Origin: Planctomycetota bacterium
Lineage (GTDB): Bacteria; Planctomycetota; B15-G4
Reading direction: 5' to 3'
Assembly: GCA_038212275.1 (NCBI GenBank)
Contig: JBBQUR010000001.1
Coordinates: 256,001 to 320,000, forward strand
Length of the DNA: 64,000 nt
In this document: positions 47,537 through 56,956 of the stretch, one piece after another
How the letters are laid out: each line of letters opens with the position of its first letter
How positions within the stretch are numbered: position 1 is the stretch's first letter
Made by a program: the position numbers and the translations under genes
Notes under the pieces: model-generated
Told to the model about the DNA's origin: nothing
Database searches by the model: none
What the model saw: only the letters and a program-made list of their open reading frames with translations

Positions 47537-48916
47537 TCACGTGCCCTTGAGGCGGCCCGCCGGATGCAGTGGCCCCGCGAGCGGCGCCGCGTAGGCGACG
47601 AAGGCCGCGGTGATGTCGTTGCCCTTTGCATTGACGAAGGCGCGCGGCATCGGTTTGGTGAACCTGGCCACTTCGGACAGCGCGACGAGCTCCGTGCGGC
47701 AGCGGTAGCGACGACCCGGCTCGCGCCGCAGCACGACCGTGCCGGAGTCGGCCTGCAGCGCGTAGCGCACCGCGTCGCGCCCGACGAGACGCGCCTCCTG
47801 CGCGTCGCTCCGGCTCCAGACGCCGGCGAAGCTGCGCTGCAGGTAGCCGAAGGTGTCGGCGCGGACGCGCGCCCCGGGGAGCGCGCCACGGACAAGTCCC
47901 GCGAGGTGGTCGCCCAGCGCGCCGCTGCCCGAGAGCTGCACGTTTCCGTGCGCATCACGCTCCGACTTCGCGGCAAGCTTCTCCGCGACGGTGATGCCGG
48001 CCGCGTCGTGCACGCCTTCGCTCACCGCGACGACACAACGGCCAAGTCGTTCGTTGACCGCGATCACGTCGGCGACGAAACGGCGCTCGTCGAAGTCGAC
48101 CTCGGGCACGTAGACCAGGTGGGGGCCGTCGTCCGGGGCCTTGCGCGCCAGCACCGACGCCGCGGTGAGGAAACCCGCGTTGCGTCCCATGACGATGTTG
48201 ATCTTGATGCCGTTCAACGAACGGTTGTCGAGATCGTCGCCGAGAAAGGCCTGCGCGACGAACCTGGCCGCGCTGCCGTAGCCGGGGCAATGGTCCGTGA
48301 CGCGCAGGTCGTTGTCGATCGTCTTGGGCACGTGGAAGATGCGCAGGTCGTGTCGCTGTTCGCGCGCGCACTGGAGCAGGATGTCGGCCGTCTCGGCGGA
48401 GTCGTTGCCGCCGATGTAGAACAGGAATCGGATCTCGTGCTTCCTGAAGGTCTCGAACATCGCGAGGCATTCCTCGCGGGTCGGCTTCTTGCGCACCGAG
48501 CCCAGCGCCGCGGCCGGCGTCGCCGCCACGCGCTCGAGGTTCGCCACCGTTTCGCGGCCGAGGTCGAGCAGGTCGTCCTTGAGGATGCCGCTGACGCCGT
48601 GCCGCGCTCCGAAGACCTTGCGGATCACGCCGGGATGGCGGCGCGCTTCGAGCACGATGCCGACCAGCGACTGGTTGATCACGACCGTCGGCCCGCCCGA
48701 CTGGCCGATGAGCGCATTGCCTGCGAAGGCCTGGCTGGCGCGCCGGGAGCCTCGCGCTGCCTTGCCGGCGCGTGCGGCCTTGCCGGACCCGGCCCTGGAC
48801 TTGCCCTTGGCGGGGGGGGCGCCTGCCGCGCTGCCGGGGCCGGCCTTGCTTCGGCCGGCTCCGGAACGGGAGCGGCTGCGGCGGGGGGCGACTCCGGTGC
48901 GGTGTCGGGCTGGCAT
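47537..48916 (-). CDS. pfp: Phosphofructokinase, probably PPi-dependent
   Basis: QSGGPTVVIN, GGNDS (Asp form), PKTIDND, MGRNAG, VSEG; start uncertain. Confidence 0.88.
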   Translation of the reverse strand: MPARHRTGVAPRRSRSRSGAGRSKAGPGSAAGAPPAKGKSRAGSGKAARAGKAARGSRRASQAFAGNALIGQSGGPTVVINQSLVGIVLEARRHPGVIRKVFGARHGVSGILKDDLLDLGRETVANLERVAATPAAALGSVRKKPTREECLAMFETFRKHEIRFLFYIGGNDSAETADILLQCAREQRHDLRIFHVPKTIDNDLRVTDHCPGYGSAARFVAQAFLGDDLDNRSLNGIKINIVMGRNAGFLTAASVLARKAPDDGPHLVYVPEVDFDERRFVADVIAVNERLGRCVVAVSEGVHDAAGITVAEKLAAKSERDAHGNVQLSGSGALGDHLAGLVRGALPGARVRADTFGYLQRSFAGVWSRSDAQEARLVGRDAVRYALQADSGTVVLRREPGRRYRCRTELVALSEVARFTKPMPRAFVNAKGNDITAAFVAYAAPLAGPLHPAGRLKGT

Positions 48917-49128
48917 GTGATGACTCCGAGGCAGGAAGCGCATGTCATACGGCGTGGCCGGCCGGTGAATCCAGTCGGCGCGGAGCGCTGGAAATGGCTT
49001 GGGAATCGTCGCCGTCGTTGACACCCGTGGCTGTGGCCCGGTAGTTTGTCGAACCTTTCGCTCGACCCCGCGCAGGCGCGTACTCGGCCGCCTATCCCGA
49101 CAGCGCGTCGGTCCCAGGACACAAACCC

Positions 49129-51462
49129 ATGACCAAGCCCCGTTGGATCGATGCGGGAGCTTTCCGCACGCTTCGTACCGCGACCCGGAATCACAAGCTG
49201 GCCGTCATCGTGGGGCCGCGCCACGGCAGTGCGAGCATCTCGTCGCGGGCGGCGCTGAAAGCCGCGCTGGGCGACGGCGATCGCGCCACGCTGGCGGACG
49301 ATGCGCGCTTCAAGAGCGCTCCGGACGCGGGCCTCACGGCGCTCTACGCGTTGAAGCTGCCGGGCATCGTGACCACCTCGATCAGTGATGCGGTGCTGGC
49401 CTCAGCGCCCGAGGGCGTCGAGAAGCCGCGCGTCTTCGGCCCGGAGACCAAGGGCCTCAACAGCGCCTGGGAGCGCAAGGATGCCTTCGTGGTGCGCCTG
49501 TGCGGCGCAGCCGCCGAGCCGACTTCGCTGGTGCTCACCAACAAGGATCGCAAGCCGCTGGTCGTTCCCGACAGCCGCTACCAGAACTTCCTGCGCACCA
49601 CCTTCGGTCGCACGGTGCTCTTCTCGGGCTTCGACCTCGGCGACCCGGACCTCATCGAGGTGCTCGAGGACGTCAGCCGCGGATTCAACGGCCACGTGCC
49701 GCCGAACATGGCGCTCGTCCCGGCCGGCAGCACCGATCCGAGCACCGCGCTGCGCGCGTCCATGCACTACGGCACTGCGCTGGTCGAGTATCCGCCGGAG
49801 CTGTCCGCCGAGGCCGCGCTGGCCGAGGTGGCCACGCTGCTCGAGGAACTCGAGGTGCCCAAGCCGGCGTCCGGCAATCCGCCGCGCGGCTTCACGGAAT
49901 TGACGGCCGACTATCGCAAGGCCGTGCCTGCCGCCGACGCGGCCGGCCTCGACCTGTTCGATCGCGGCGACAGCTCGACCTGGCAGTCCATCAAGGCCGG
50001 CGCCGACGCCGCGCGCACGGTGGCGGCGCAGATCCAGGACTTCCTCGTGGGCGCGGTCGAGCCGGGCCAGACGCGCATCGCTCTGGTGCGCGGCCGCAAG
50101 GGCGAAGGCAAGAGCACGCTGCTGCGTCGCATCGGCTGGAACCTCAGCGACGCGGGACGCCGCGTCTTCTGGCGCGAGTTCGGCGCGGGCGTGCCCGACA
50201 GGTACATCCCGCAGGAAGACGAGGACGCGATCGCCATCTTCGTCGCCGACGATGCGGATCAGCTCGACAACCTGCCGTCGCTCGTGAACTACCTCGCGGC
50301 GCACGGCGGCGGCAAGGCCCGCTTCCTCCTCGCTTCCGAGGGCGATGACTGGGATCGTTCGGGCCTCGACCATCGCATCCGGCGCACCACGACCATCCTC
50401 GACGTGACCCTGGCCTGCCCCGAGCCAGGCGAGGCGAAGGCGATCGCGGAAGGCCTGCGTGCACGTGGTCACCTTGCGAAGGACCTGCAGCCGGAGGCGG
50501 CCGCCGAAGCCATCATCACGGCCGATCGTTGCCTCATGGATCGCATCGCGGAGGCGCGCGGCGTCGGCAGCGTCGCGGCTGCCGTCGGTGCGCGGATCTC
50601 CGCCCTTGAGACCAAGCCGGACGCGGAGCTCCTGCGTCGCGCCTACCTGGCCACCGCGCTCGTGCATCGCTACGGCATGTCGCTCGCTCGCGGCCATCTG
50701 GCGGCCGTGCTGGGGATTCCCGAGTCGGAGCTCGAGTCGCGCGTGCTGACGCCGCTCGACAAGAGCCTCGTGCCCGCGGGCGCCAGCTCGGTGCGGACGC
50801 GGCATCCGGTGGTCGCGGCTGCGGCGTGCCAGGTGCTCTCGCCCAGCGACGAAGAGCGGGACGCCATGGTCCTTGCCCTGCTCAACACTCTCCCCGGGGG
50901 CAGTGTCTCGGACGAGACCGTGTTCCACCGGCCCTCGGAGCTGATCCGCGCGCTGCGACATGGCCCGCTCGCGCCGCTCATGCTCGACAAGTTCTTCGAG
51001 TCGGGCAGCAATGCCGCCGACAACGACGTGCTCTTCTGGTTCGACCGAGGCCGCTTTGACGTGGGATTCTCGCGCTGGGAGCCGGCGCTCGAGGCCTTCG
51101 ACAAGGCGATGTGGAAGCAGCCCGGCGACACGCTCGAGCGCGAGCACAACGCCGCGGTGCAAGGCTATCGTGCGCGCTGCCTGCTCTCGCTGCACCGCAA
51201 GAAGGAAGCCGCGGCCGCCGTTTACGAAGGCCTGCAGCTCTCGCCGCGCGACGGCGTGCTGCAGCGGCTCGAGGAAAAGGTGGCGCCACGCCGCCGGCCG
51301 GGTCCGGGCCCGCGTGGCCCGCGCCAGGACGGTGGCGGCGGTGGCGGTGGCGGCGGCGAACAGCGCCGAGGCCCCCGCGAAGGGCGTCCGCCGCGCGGTG
51401 AGCAGCCGGGCGCAGCGCAGCGCGGCCCGACGTCCGGCGCGACCCAGCAGCCGAGCACCTGA
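49129..51462 (+). CDS. SIR2-like domain + STAND-type P-loop NTPase + TPR protein
   Basis: IVTT, VVRLCG, LVLT..D, LFSGFDLGDPD (SIR2_2-like); GRKGEGKST Walker A; IFVADDAD Walker B; RTRHPVVA; TPR-like end. Confidence 0.78.
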   Translation: MTKPRWIDAGAFRTLRTATRNHKLAVIVGPRHGSASISSRAALKAALGDGDRATLADDARFKSAPDAGLTALYALKLPGIVTTSISDAVLASAPEGVEKPRVFGPETKGLNSAWERKDAFVVRLCGAAAEPTSLVLTNKDRKPLVVPDSRYQNFLRTTFGRTVLFSGFDLGDPDLIEVLEDVSRGFNGHVPPNMALVPAGSTDPSTALRASMHYGTALVEYPPELSAEAALAEVATLLEELEVPKPASGNPPRGFTELTADYRKAVPAADAAGLDLFDRGDSSTWQSIKAGADAARTVAAQIQDFLVGAVEPGQTRIALVRGRKGEGKSTLLRRIGWNLSDAGRRVFWREFGAGVPDRYIPQEDEDAIAIFVADDADQLDNLPSLVNYLAAHGGGKARFLLASEGDDWDRSGLDHRIRRTTTILDVTLACPEPGEAKAIAEGLRARGHLAKDLQPEAAAEAIITADRCLMDRIAEARGVGSVAAAVGARISALETKPDAELLRRAYLATALVHRYGMSLARGHLAAVLGIPESELESRVLTPLDKSLVPAGASSVRTRHPVVAAAACQVLSPSDEERDAMVLALLNTLPGGSVSDETVFHRPSELIRALRHGPLAPLMLDKFFESGSNAADNDVLFWFDRGRFDVGFSRWEPALEAFDKAMWKQPGDTLEREHNAAVQGYRARCLLSLHRKKEAAAAVYEGLQLSPRDGVLQRLEEKVAPRRRPGPGPRGPRQDGGGGGGGGGEQRRGPREGRPPRGEQPGAAQRGPTSGATQQPST

Positions 51463-51532
51463 GCAGCCGAGCACGTGAGAGCGGACCACGGCCCGCTCTC
51501 GCGTGCGCCGCGTCACGGCGCGGCTGGACGAC

Positions 51533-51859
51533 TCACACCGAGAACGAACTGCCGCAGCCGCAGCTGCCGCTCGCGTTCGGGTTGTTGAACACGAAGCCGC
51601 GCTTCATGACGCTGTCGTTGAAGTCCACGACCGTGTTGTCGAGGTAGGGCAGGGCATCGCCGCTCAGCAGCACCTTGAGCCCGTGGAACTCCGCGACCTC
51701 GTCGTCGGGCTTGCGCTCGGCGTCGAATCCGATGACGTAGGAGAAGCCGCTGCAGCCGCCTCCGGAGACGCCGAGGCGCAGGCAGGTCGCGGCATCGAGT
51801 CCCTGGTCGGACATGATGCGGCGGACTTCGGCGACGGCCTTTTCGGTGACGGTGATCAT
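51533..51859 (-). CDS. HesB/IscA family Fe-S cluster carrier
   Basis: GGGCSGFSY, NPNASGSCGCGSSF. Confidence 0.95.
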   Translation of the reverse strand: MITVTEKAVAEVRRIMSDQGLDAATCLRLGVSGGGCSGFSYVIGFDAERKPDDEVAEFHGLKVLLSGDALPYLDNTVVDFNDSVMKRGFVFNNPNASGSCGCGSSFSV

Positions 51860-51919
51860 CGGTCGTGTTCCTGGGATCGGGTGGTCGCGCGGCGGCGAAC
51901 GATGGGCTGCGGTCCGCGG

Positions 51920-54900
51920 TCAGGCCAGCCGGGGCGGGGCCGCGGCAGTCGTCCCGGCATCATAGCCCGCGCGGGGGGGCTCGGCATGCCCGGGGACTCC
52001 CGGTGCGGCGGCCTGCTCGTCGCGACAGAGGTGGGCGAGCCAGCGGGCGGCCTGCTTCTCGAGCACGCTGTTGGTGGCGAGCCGCTCGTGCAGATTGCCG
52101 AAGTCCACCGCATCCAGCAGTTGGTCCTGGTTGAAGCACGAGAACACCGGCTCGACGGGCTTGCCCGTGACCGGGTCCACGTGGCGCTGCAGGCACTGCG
52201 CGCAGACCTCCTTGAGCATGCACTGCATGGGCGAGTTGATGCTGCCGATGGCTACGTGCGGACCGAGGTATGCGGCGAGGCGTTCGCGTCGCGCGTCCTT
52301 GACCGCGCGCATCATGCCGTCGCTGCCGATGACGATGAGTCGCGTGACGTCTCGCAGCGCGATCGGATTGCCCGGGAAGCGGCCGCTGCCCGCCGCCTCC
52401 ATCGCGTCGACGATGTTCCCGCGGAAGAAGTGGTCCGACGGCCGGTTCACCGTGATGTCGGGGCCCGCGTCGCAGCACCAGACCACCACGTCGGTGGCGC
52501 TCTCGATCTGGTTGCGCATGAAGACGTCGCCGGAGTTGCGATAGCCCGCGAAGTACAGCACGCGGTTGCCGGCCGACTTCAGTGCGGCGGCGATGGAGAA
52601 GAGCACGGCATTGCCGAGGCCGCCGCCCACGAGCGCGACGGTTTCACCGTGCGGAATCTCCGTCGGCGCCCCCGTGGGGCCCATGACCACGATGCGCTCA
52701 CCGGGCACGAGTCGCGCGCACAGGTTGCTGCTGCCACCCATCTCGAGCACGATCATCGACAGCAATCCGGCGTCCCTGTCGACCCACGCGCCGGTGAGCG
52801 CCAGTCCTTCCATGACCAGCGGAACGCCATGCGCTCGAGGCGCGCTGGCCACGTAGTTCTGCAGCCGGAAGAACTGGCCGGGCTGGAAGTGGCGCGCGGC
52901 AAGGGGCGCGCGCACGACGACGTCGACGATGGTGGGCGTGAGGCGGTCCACGCGCACGACCACGGGGAGGAGCAGGTCGTCGAGCGTCGCGAGCAGTCCG
53001 GCGAGCGCCTTGCGACGCTTGTCCGCCCCTGCCGGTTCCAGTGCCGCGAGCTGTTCGCGGAAGAGCGCGACCACCGACGGATAGCCCTGCTTGGCGGAGG
53101 CCATCGCCTTCACCACGTTGCCTGCGAAGACCGGGTGGTTGTCGCCATAGAAGCTGACGCGACGGTCTCCGGCGCGGTAGCTGGTGAGAAAGGCGCCTGG
53201 CTGCTTGGCGCCGTCCATGTCGAAGCACTCGAAGAATCGGCCGCGTGCATCGATCGTGAAGGTGCCGGGGTGTTCCTTCTCGTAGATCGTGTTGGGTTGC
53301 GTGCCCGCCGCGATGAACATCGAGCGCGCGGGCAGCGTCAGCGTTTCGCCCGTGCTGCGCCACCGACCCCTGTCGTCGCGCGCATGCCTGTCGAGGACGA
53401 CGGCTTTCAGCGCGTCGTGCCGGTCGTCGATGGCCGACAGCGGCGACACGCCTTCGAGGAAGGCGATTCCCTCCTCGAGCGCCTTGATGACCTCCTCGTG
53501 GTTGAGGCGATACGCGGGGCATTCGTCCAGCCCTTTTCGGTAGCAGATGGTGACGCCGCCCCAGTCGCGGAGCAGCCTCACGAAGTCGGGCGGACGATTC
53601 TCGCTCGCGGCCGCGACTCGCTCCTCGCGCAGCGCACGCGCATGGTCGAGGAAACGCGCGTGAATCTCGCGCTCCGGGCCGGACAGCCGCGACAGCACCT
53701 CGCTCTGGTCGCCGTGCGCCACTAGTTCCTCGTGGCGCGCCAGCACGCGTTCAACCTGCACCGGGTAGTAGGCGAGCAGCTCCGTGGCCGTGTCGATCGC
53801 CGTGAGGCCGCCGCCGACCACGAGTGCGGGCAGCTCCACCTGGAGATTGGCGAGCGCGTCCCGCTGGAAGGCTCCCGAGAGCTGCAGGCTCATCAGGAAA
53901 TCCGATGCCTTGCGGATGCCGCGCGTCAGGTTGTTCTGCATGTCGATGACGGTGGGCCGGCCCGCACCGGTGGCCATGGCCACGTGGTGGAAGCCGAGCT
54001 GCCAGCAATCCTCGAGCGTGAGCGTGCCGCCGAAGCGAACGCCGCCGTAACAGCGGAAACCCCGGCGTCGCTCCAGCGTGAGCTGGATGAGCCGGAGGAA
54101 ATTCTTGTCCCAGCGCACGGTGATGCCGTACTCGGAGACGCCTCCGAAGCCGGACGGCACGCGCTCGTCGAGGGGCACGGTGAGCGCCGACCAGTCGCGC
54201 ACGGCGGGAGGCGTGCCGCCCGCGCTGCCGACGAGCGACTCCGGCAGCGGCTCGATCTTCAGGCCATCCACTCCGACGACGGCGAAGCCCTCGTTGAGCA
54301 GGTAGTGCGCCAGCGTGTATCCGGCCGGCCCTTGCCCGACGACGAGCACGTTGAGCCCGTTGTAGGGCAGCGCGTGCGGGCGCTTGCGGTTGAGCGGATT
54401 CCAGCGCGTGAGCAGCCCGTAGACCTCGACGCCCCACGGCATGTCCAGGACGTCGGTCAGCGTGCCGGTCTCGATGCGCGGGATGTCCACCGGCTCCTGC
54501 TGCTGAAAGATGCAGGCCTTCATGCAGTCGTTGCAGATGCGGTGGCCCGTGCCCGGACACATCGGGTTGTCGATGATGACGAGCGCGAGCGAACCGATCG
54601 GGTCGCCTTCGTCGGCGAGTTCATGCGCCTCGGAGATGCGCTCATCGAGCGGGCAGCCGCCAAGCGGAATCCCCAGCGGGTTGGCGCGCTCCTTGCCCTG
54701 CTTGTCGAGGAGTCCCTTGCTGCAGCTGTCCACACCGCGCTCGTGGCAGATCAGGCACGTGTCGAGCTGGCCGAGGCGGTCGGCCAGCGTGCCGCGATCG
54801 TCCGTGAGCGCGAATCCGTCGCGATGGCGCAGCGTGGCGTGCGGGCCGATCACCGCGCCGGGCGCCACGTCGGGTGCCGGCACGGTGGGGACCAGCCGGT

Positions 54901-55489
54901 TGAAGTCGAGCTTGTGCTGCAGGTGCAGCGACGGCCAGTCGCGATGCCGGTGCTCGCGCAGGCATGCCGCGGCCCAGCGCTCGGCAAGCATCAGCAGCGC
55001 GTCGTCGGGGGAGGCATCCGGCGCATCGAGACGGCCGAGGACGGCATCGGCCACCGTCTGTTCGTCCAGGGATCGACCGAGGGTTGCCTGCAGTTCGGCT
55101 TCGAGCAGAACGGCGGTGTCTGCGGGTCCTTCGGCCGGTTGCCCGGCGCGGCGCGCCGCACGGGTCTTCACGAATCGCTTGCGGAAGTCGAAGCGCCGCT
55201 GCTGGCGCGTGATGCGCTCCTTGTGAGCCGCGGCCGGCGCCTCCAGGCAGAACAGGCGGACGATGAACGCGGAGACGTGACGACCGAGCGCCACAAGCAG
55301 CTCCGCCTCCGCCTTGGCAGGCAGGGCCTCGCCCGCGAGCCACGCCTCGTAACGCGAGGCCAGGGATGCGTCCGCCAGCGCCAGTTCTGCCCGGAAGGCC
55401 GCGAAGAGCCGGGCCAGTCCTTCGGGCTCATGCAGGTCGGCCGGTTGGAAGCCGGCAAATCCCAGGCGCAGGACGGTCGGTGCGGTCAC
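51920..55489 (-). CDS. Large Fe-S flavoprotein: GltD/NfnB-like oxidoreductase fused to a C-terminal FNR/NfnA-like [2Fe-2S] domain
   Basis: CLICH..DSC, GCPL, CPGTGHRICNDCMKAC, GQGPAG, GGGLTAID; C-terminal QPGQFFRLQ, GPTG, GGGLGNA, MQCMLKEVCAQC..FSC. Confidence 0.88.
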   Translation of the reverse strand: MTAPTVLRLGFAGFQPADLHEPEGLARLFAAFRAELALADASLASRYEAWLAGEALPAKAEAELLVALGRHVSAFIVRLFCLEAPAAAHKERITRQQRRFDFRKRFVKTRAARRAGQPAEGPADTAVLLEAELQATLGRSLDEQTVADAVLGRLDAPDASPDDALLMLAERWAAACLREHRHRDWPSLHLQHKLDFNRLVPTVPAPDVAPGAVIGPHATLRHRDGFALTDDRGTLADRLGQLDTCLICHERGVDSCSKGLLDKQGKERANPLGIPLGGCPLDERISEAHELADEGDPIGSLALVIIDNPMCPGTGHRICNDCMKACIFQQQEPVDIPRIETGTLTDVLDMPWGVEVYGLLTRWNPLNRKRPHALPYNGLNVLVVGQGPAGYTLAHYLLNEGFAVVGVDGLKIEPLPESLVGSAGGTPPAVRDWSALTVPLDERVPSGFGGVSEYGITVRWDKNFLRLIQLTLERRRGFRCYGGVRFGGTLTLEDCWQLGFHHVAMATGAGRPTVIDMQNNLTRGIRKASDFLMSLQLSGAFQRDALANLQVELPALVVGGGLTAIDTATELLAYYPVQVERVLARHEELVAHGDQSEVLSRLSGPEREIHARFLDHARALREERVAAASENRPPDFVRLLRDWGGVTICYRKGLDECPAYRLNHEEVIKALEEGIAFLEGVSPLSAIDDRHDALKAVVLDRHARDDRGRWRSTGETLTLPARSMFIAAGTQPNTIYEKEHPGTFTIDARGRFFECFDMDGAKQPGAFLTSYRAGDRRVSFYGDNHPVFAGNVVKAMASAKQGYPSVVALFREQLAALEPAGADKRRKALAGLLATLDDLLLPVVVRVDRLTPTIVDVVVRAPLAARHFQPGQFFRLQNYVASAPRAHGVPLVMEGLALTGAWVDRDAGLLSMIVLEMGGSSNLCARLVPGERIVVMGPTGAPTEIPHGETVALVGGGLGNAVLFSIAAALKSAGNRVLYFAGYRNSGDVFMRNQIESATDVVVWCCDAGPDITVNRPSDHFFRGNIVDAMEAAGSGRFPGNPIALRDVTRLIVIGSDGMMRAVKDARRERLAAYLGPHVAIGSINSPMQCMLKEVCAQCLQRHVDPVTGKPVEPVFSCFNQDQLLDAVDFGNLHERLATNSVLEKQAARWLAHLCRDEQAAAPGVPGHAEPPRAGYDAGTTAAAPPRLA

Positions 55490-55848
55490 GGGCTGCGGCT
55501 CCCTCGTTGCTCGGGTCCCGAAGCTGCCGGGCGCCGATCAAAGCTGTCGATTCTAGCCGAAGCGGCGGCCCCGGCGCCCCGGTTCGGGAGACGGTCCTGG
55601 CGAAGACAGCGCTCCGGTCAAGGCTGCGTGGGGAGGCGCATGGGTTCCCCGGGGGCCACGGACGCGCCGCGCCGCGACGCACCCGCACCGGAGGCGAGCA
55701 GAGGCTGGAGCGACGACGATCCTCGGAGCGCCAGAAGCGGTTCATGCCTCGGGCGCGAGCCGCCTGGGCTAGCCCGCAGGAGATCACCGGCTCACCGTCC
55801 CGTCTCCTGACCGGCCCCGCACGGCGGGGCGCGGAGATCGGGACCCGT

Positions 55849-56049
55849 CTAGCGGCGCCAGACCTTGGCGACCTCGCTGGCCTCGAAGCGGCGCTGAGTC
55901 TCGCTGGCCGGATCGATGATGACGCCTCGCTGCTGGACGGGGTTGTAGAGCATTCCGCCGCGGATGATTTCGCCATCCTTGAAGTAGAGCGTGGCGACGT
56001 CGCCGGCGTGGAGGCTCTCAAGCTTGGCGCAGAGTTCGAGGGTCGTCAT
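55849..56049 (-). CDS. Small hypothetical protein (66 aa, beta-rich)
   Basis: Open frame with host-like codon use; AGGA upstream; no recognised motif. Confidence 0.55.
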   Translation of the reverse strand: MTTLELCAKLESLHAGDVATLYFKDGEIIRGGMLYNPVQQRGVIIDPASETQRRFEASEVAKVWRR

Positions 56050-56230
56050 GGCGGGCATTCGTCCTGTGTAGGCGTTCGGTCCTTGCTGCATTGGAAACCG
56101 CACACTTACGGAGATCACCTCTCAAGCGTTGCAGCACACCTGAGCGGCTGTCGTGTATCGAGTGATCGACACTTTCCGGGCACCCGACAAGCGGGCGATC
56201 GTACCAGCACACCGGCGAGTTGAATACGGT

Positions 56231-56375
56231 CGGACCTTCACGCCAGCTTGTTGACGCGAACGTTCAGGGGCTGAGGAAACCGTGTTGAGAACTGGTGCAA
56301 GTCAGCCACCCCGCATGACTTGAGGACACTGGGGTCTCGCTGAATGGCCTGCCGCCCATGTAAGCAATCGGTCCG
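56231..56375. ncRNA. Candidate rod-shaped structured RNA (6S-like)
   Basis: Nested pairings cggacc/ggtccg, gctt/aagc, ttcag/ctgaa, gtgtt/gacac, caagtca/tgacttg in a lower-GC intergenic region. Confidence 0.4.
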
Positions 56376-56464
56376 TGTGATCATGCCGAGGGCTCGCACG
56401 GGATCCGCCGCGGTGCCTCGAGACGCCTTGCAGCGGCGCCGTGCGGCCGGGGATAACGGCTGCC

Positions 56465-56956
56465 ATGACCCCAAGTCCAGGCCAGATCTTTGAACTGACT
56501 CGACGCGTCGAGTTCTCCGCGGCGCACCGGCTTCACAACCCGGCCTTCAGCGACGAGCGGAATCGCCTGATCTTCGGCGTGTGCAACAACCCGCACGGGC
56601 ACGGCCACAACTACGTGCTCGACGTCACCGTGCGCGGCGTGGCGGACCCGGAGACTGGCATGGTCATGGACCTCAACCGGCTCATGGTGCTGCTGCACGA
56701 GCAGGTTTTCGCCGAACTGGACCACCGTCACCTCGATCATGACGTGCCGTGGCTTGCCGGTCGGGTGAGCACGGCGGAGCACGTGGCTGCCGCGATCTGG
56801 GATCGCCTCGCCTTGCCGCTCGCGGGCAGGCTCTTCCGCCTGAGGCTCTACGAGTCGGCCATGAACTACGTGGACTACTTCGGGCCGTCCGCCGGCCAGC
56901 GCTCGAGCGGCGATCCGGCGGGTGCGGCCGGGACGTCGTCGTCCTCGCCGACGTAG
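56465..56956 (+). CDS. queD: 6-pyruvoyltetrahydropterin / 6-carboxytetrahydropterin synthase
   Basis: FSAAHRL, CNNPHGHGHNY, GMVMDL, LDHRHL, STAE, LYES. Confidence 0.88.
   Translation: MTPSPGQIFELTRRVEFSAAHRLHNPAFSDERNRLIFGVCNNPHGHGHNYVLDVTVRGVADPETGMVMDLNRLMVLLHEQVFAELDHRHLDHDVPWLAGRVSTAEHVAAAIWDRLALPLAGRLFRLRLYESAMNYVDYFGPSAGQRSSGDPAGAAGTSSSSPT

Noticed and set aside
51533..51859. HesB-like selenoprotein
   Set aside because: All three conserved positions are ordinary Cys codons; no in-frame TGA.
56271..56292. CUGAGGA followed by a small hairpin, as a hammerhead ribozyme core
   Set aside because: It is followed by GAGA rather than GAAA, and no convincing stems I and III were found.
56380..56464. 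preQ1 riboswitch upstream of queD
   Set aside because: No preQ1-like stem-loop with an A-rich 3' tail is visible.
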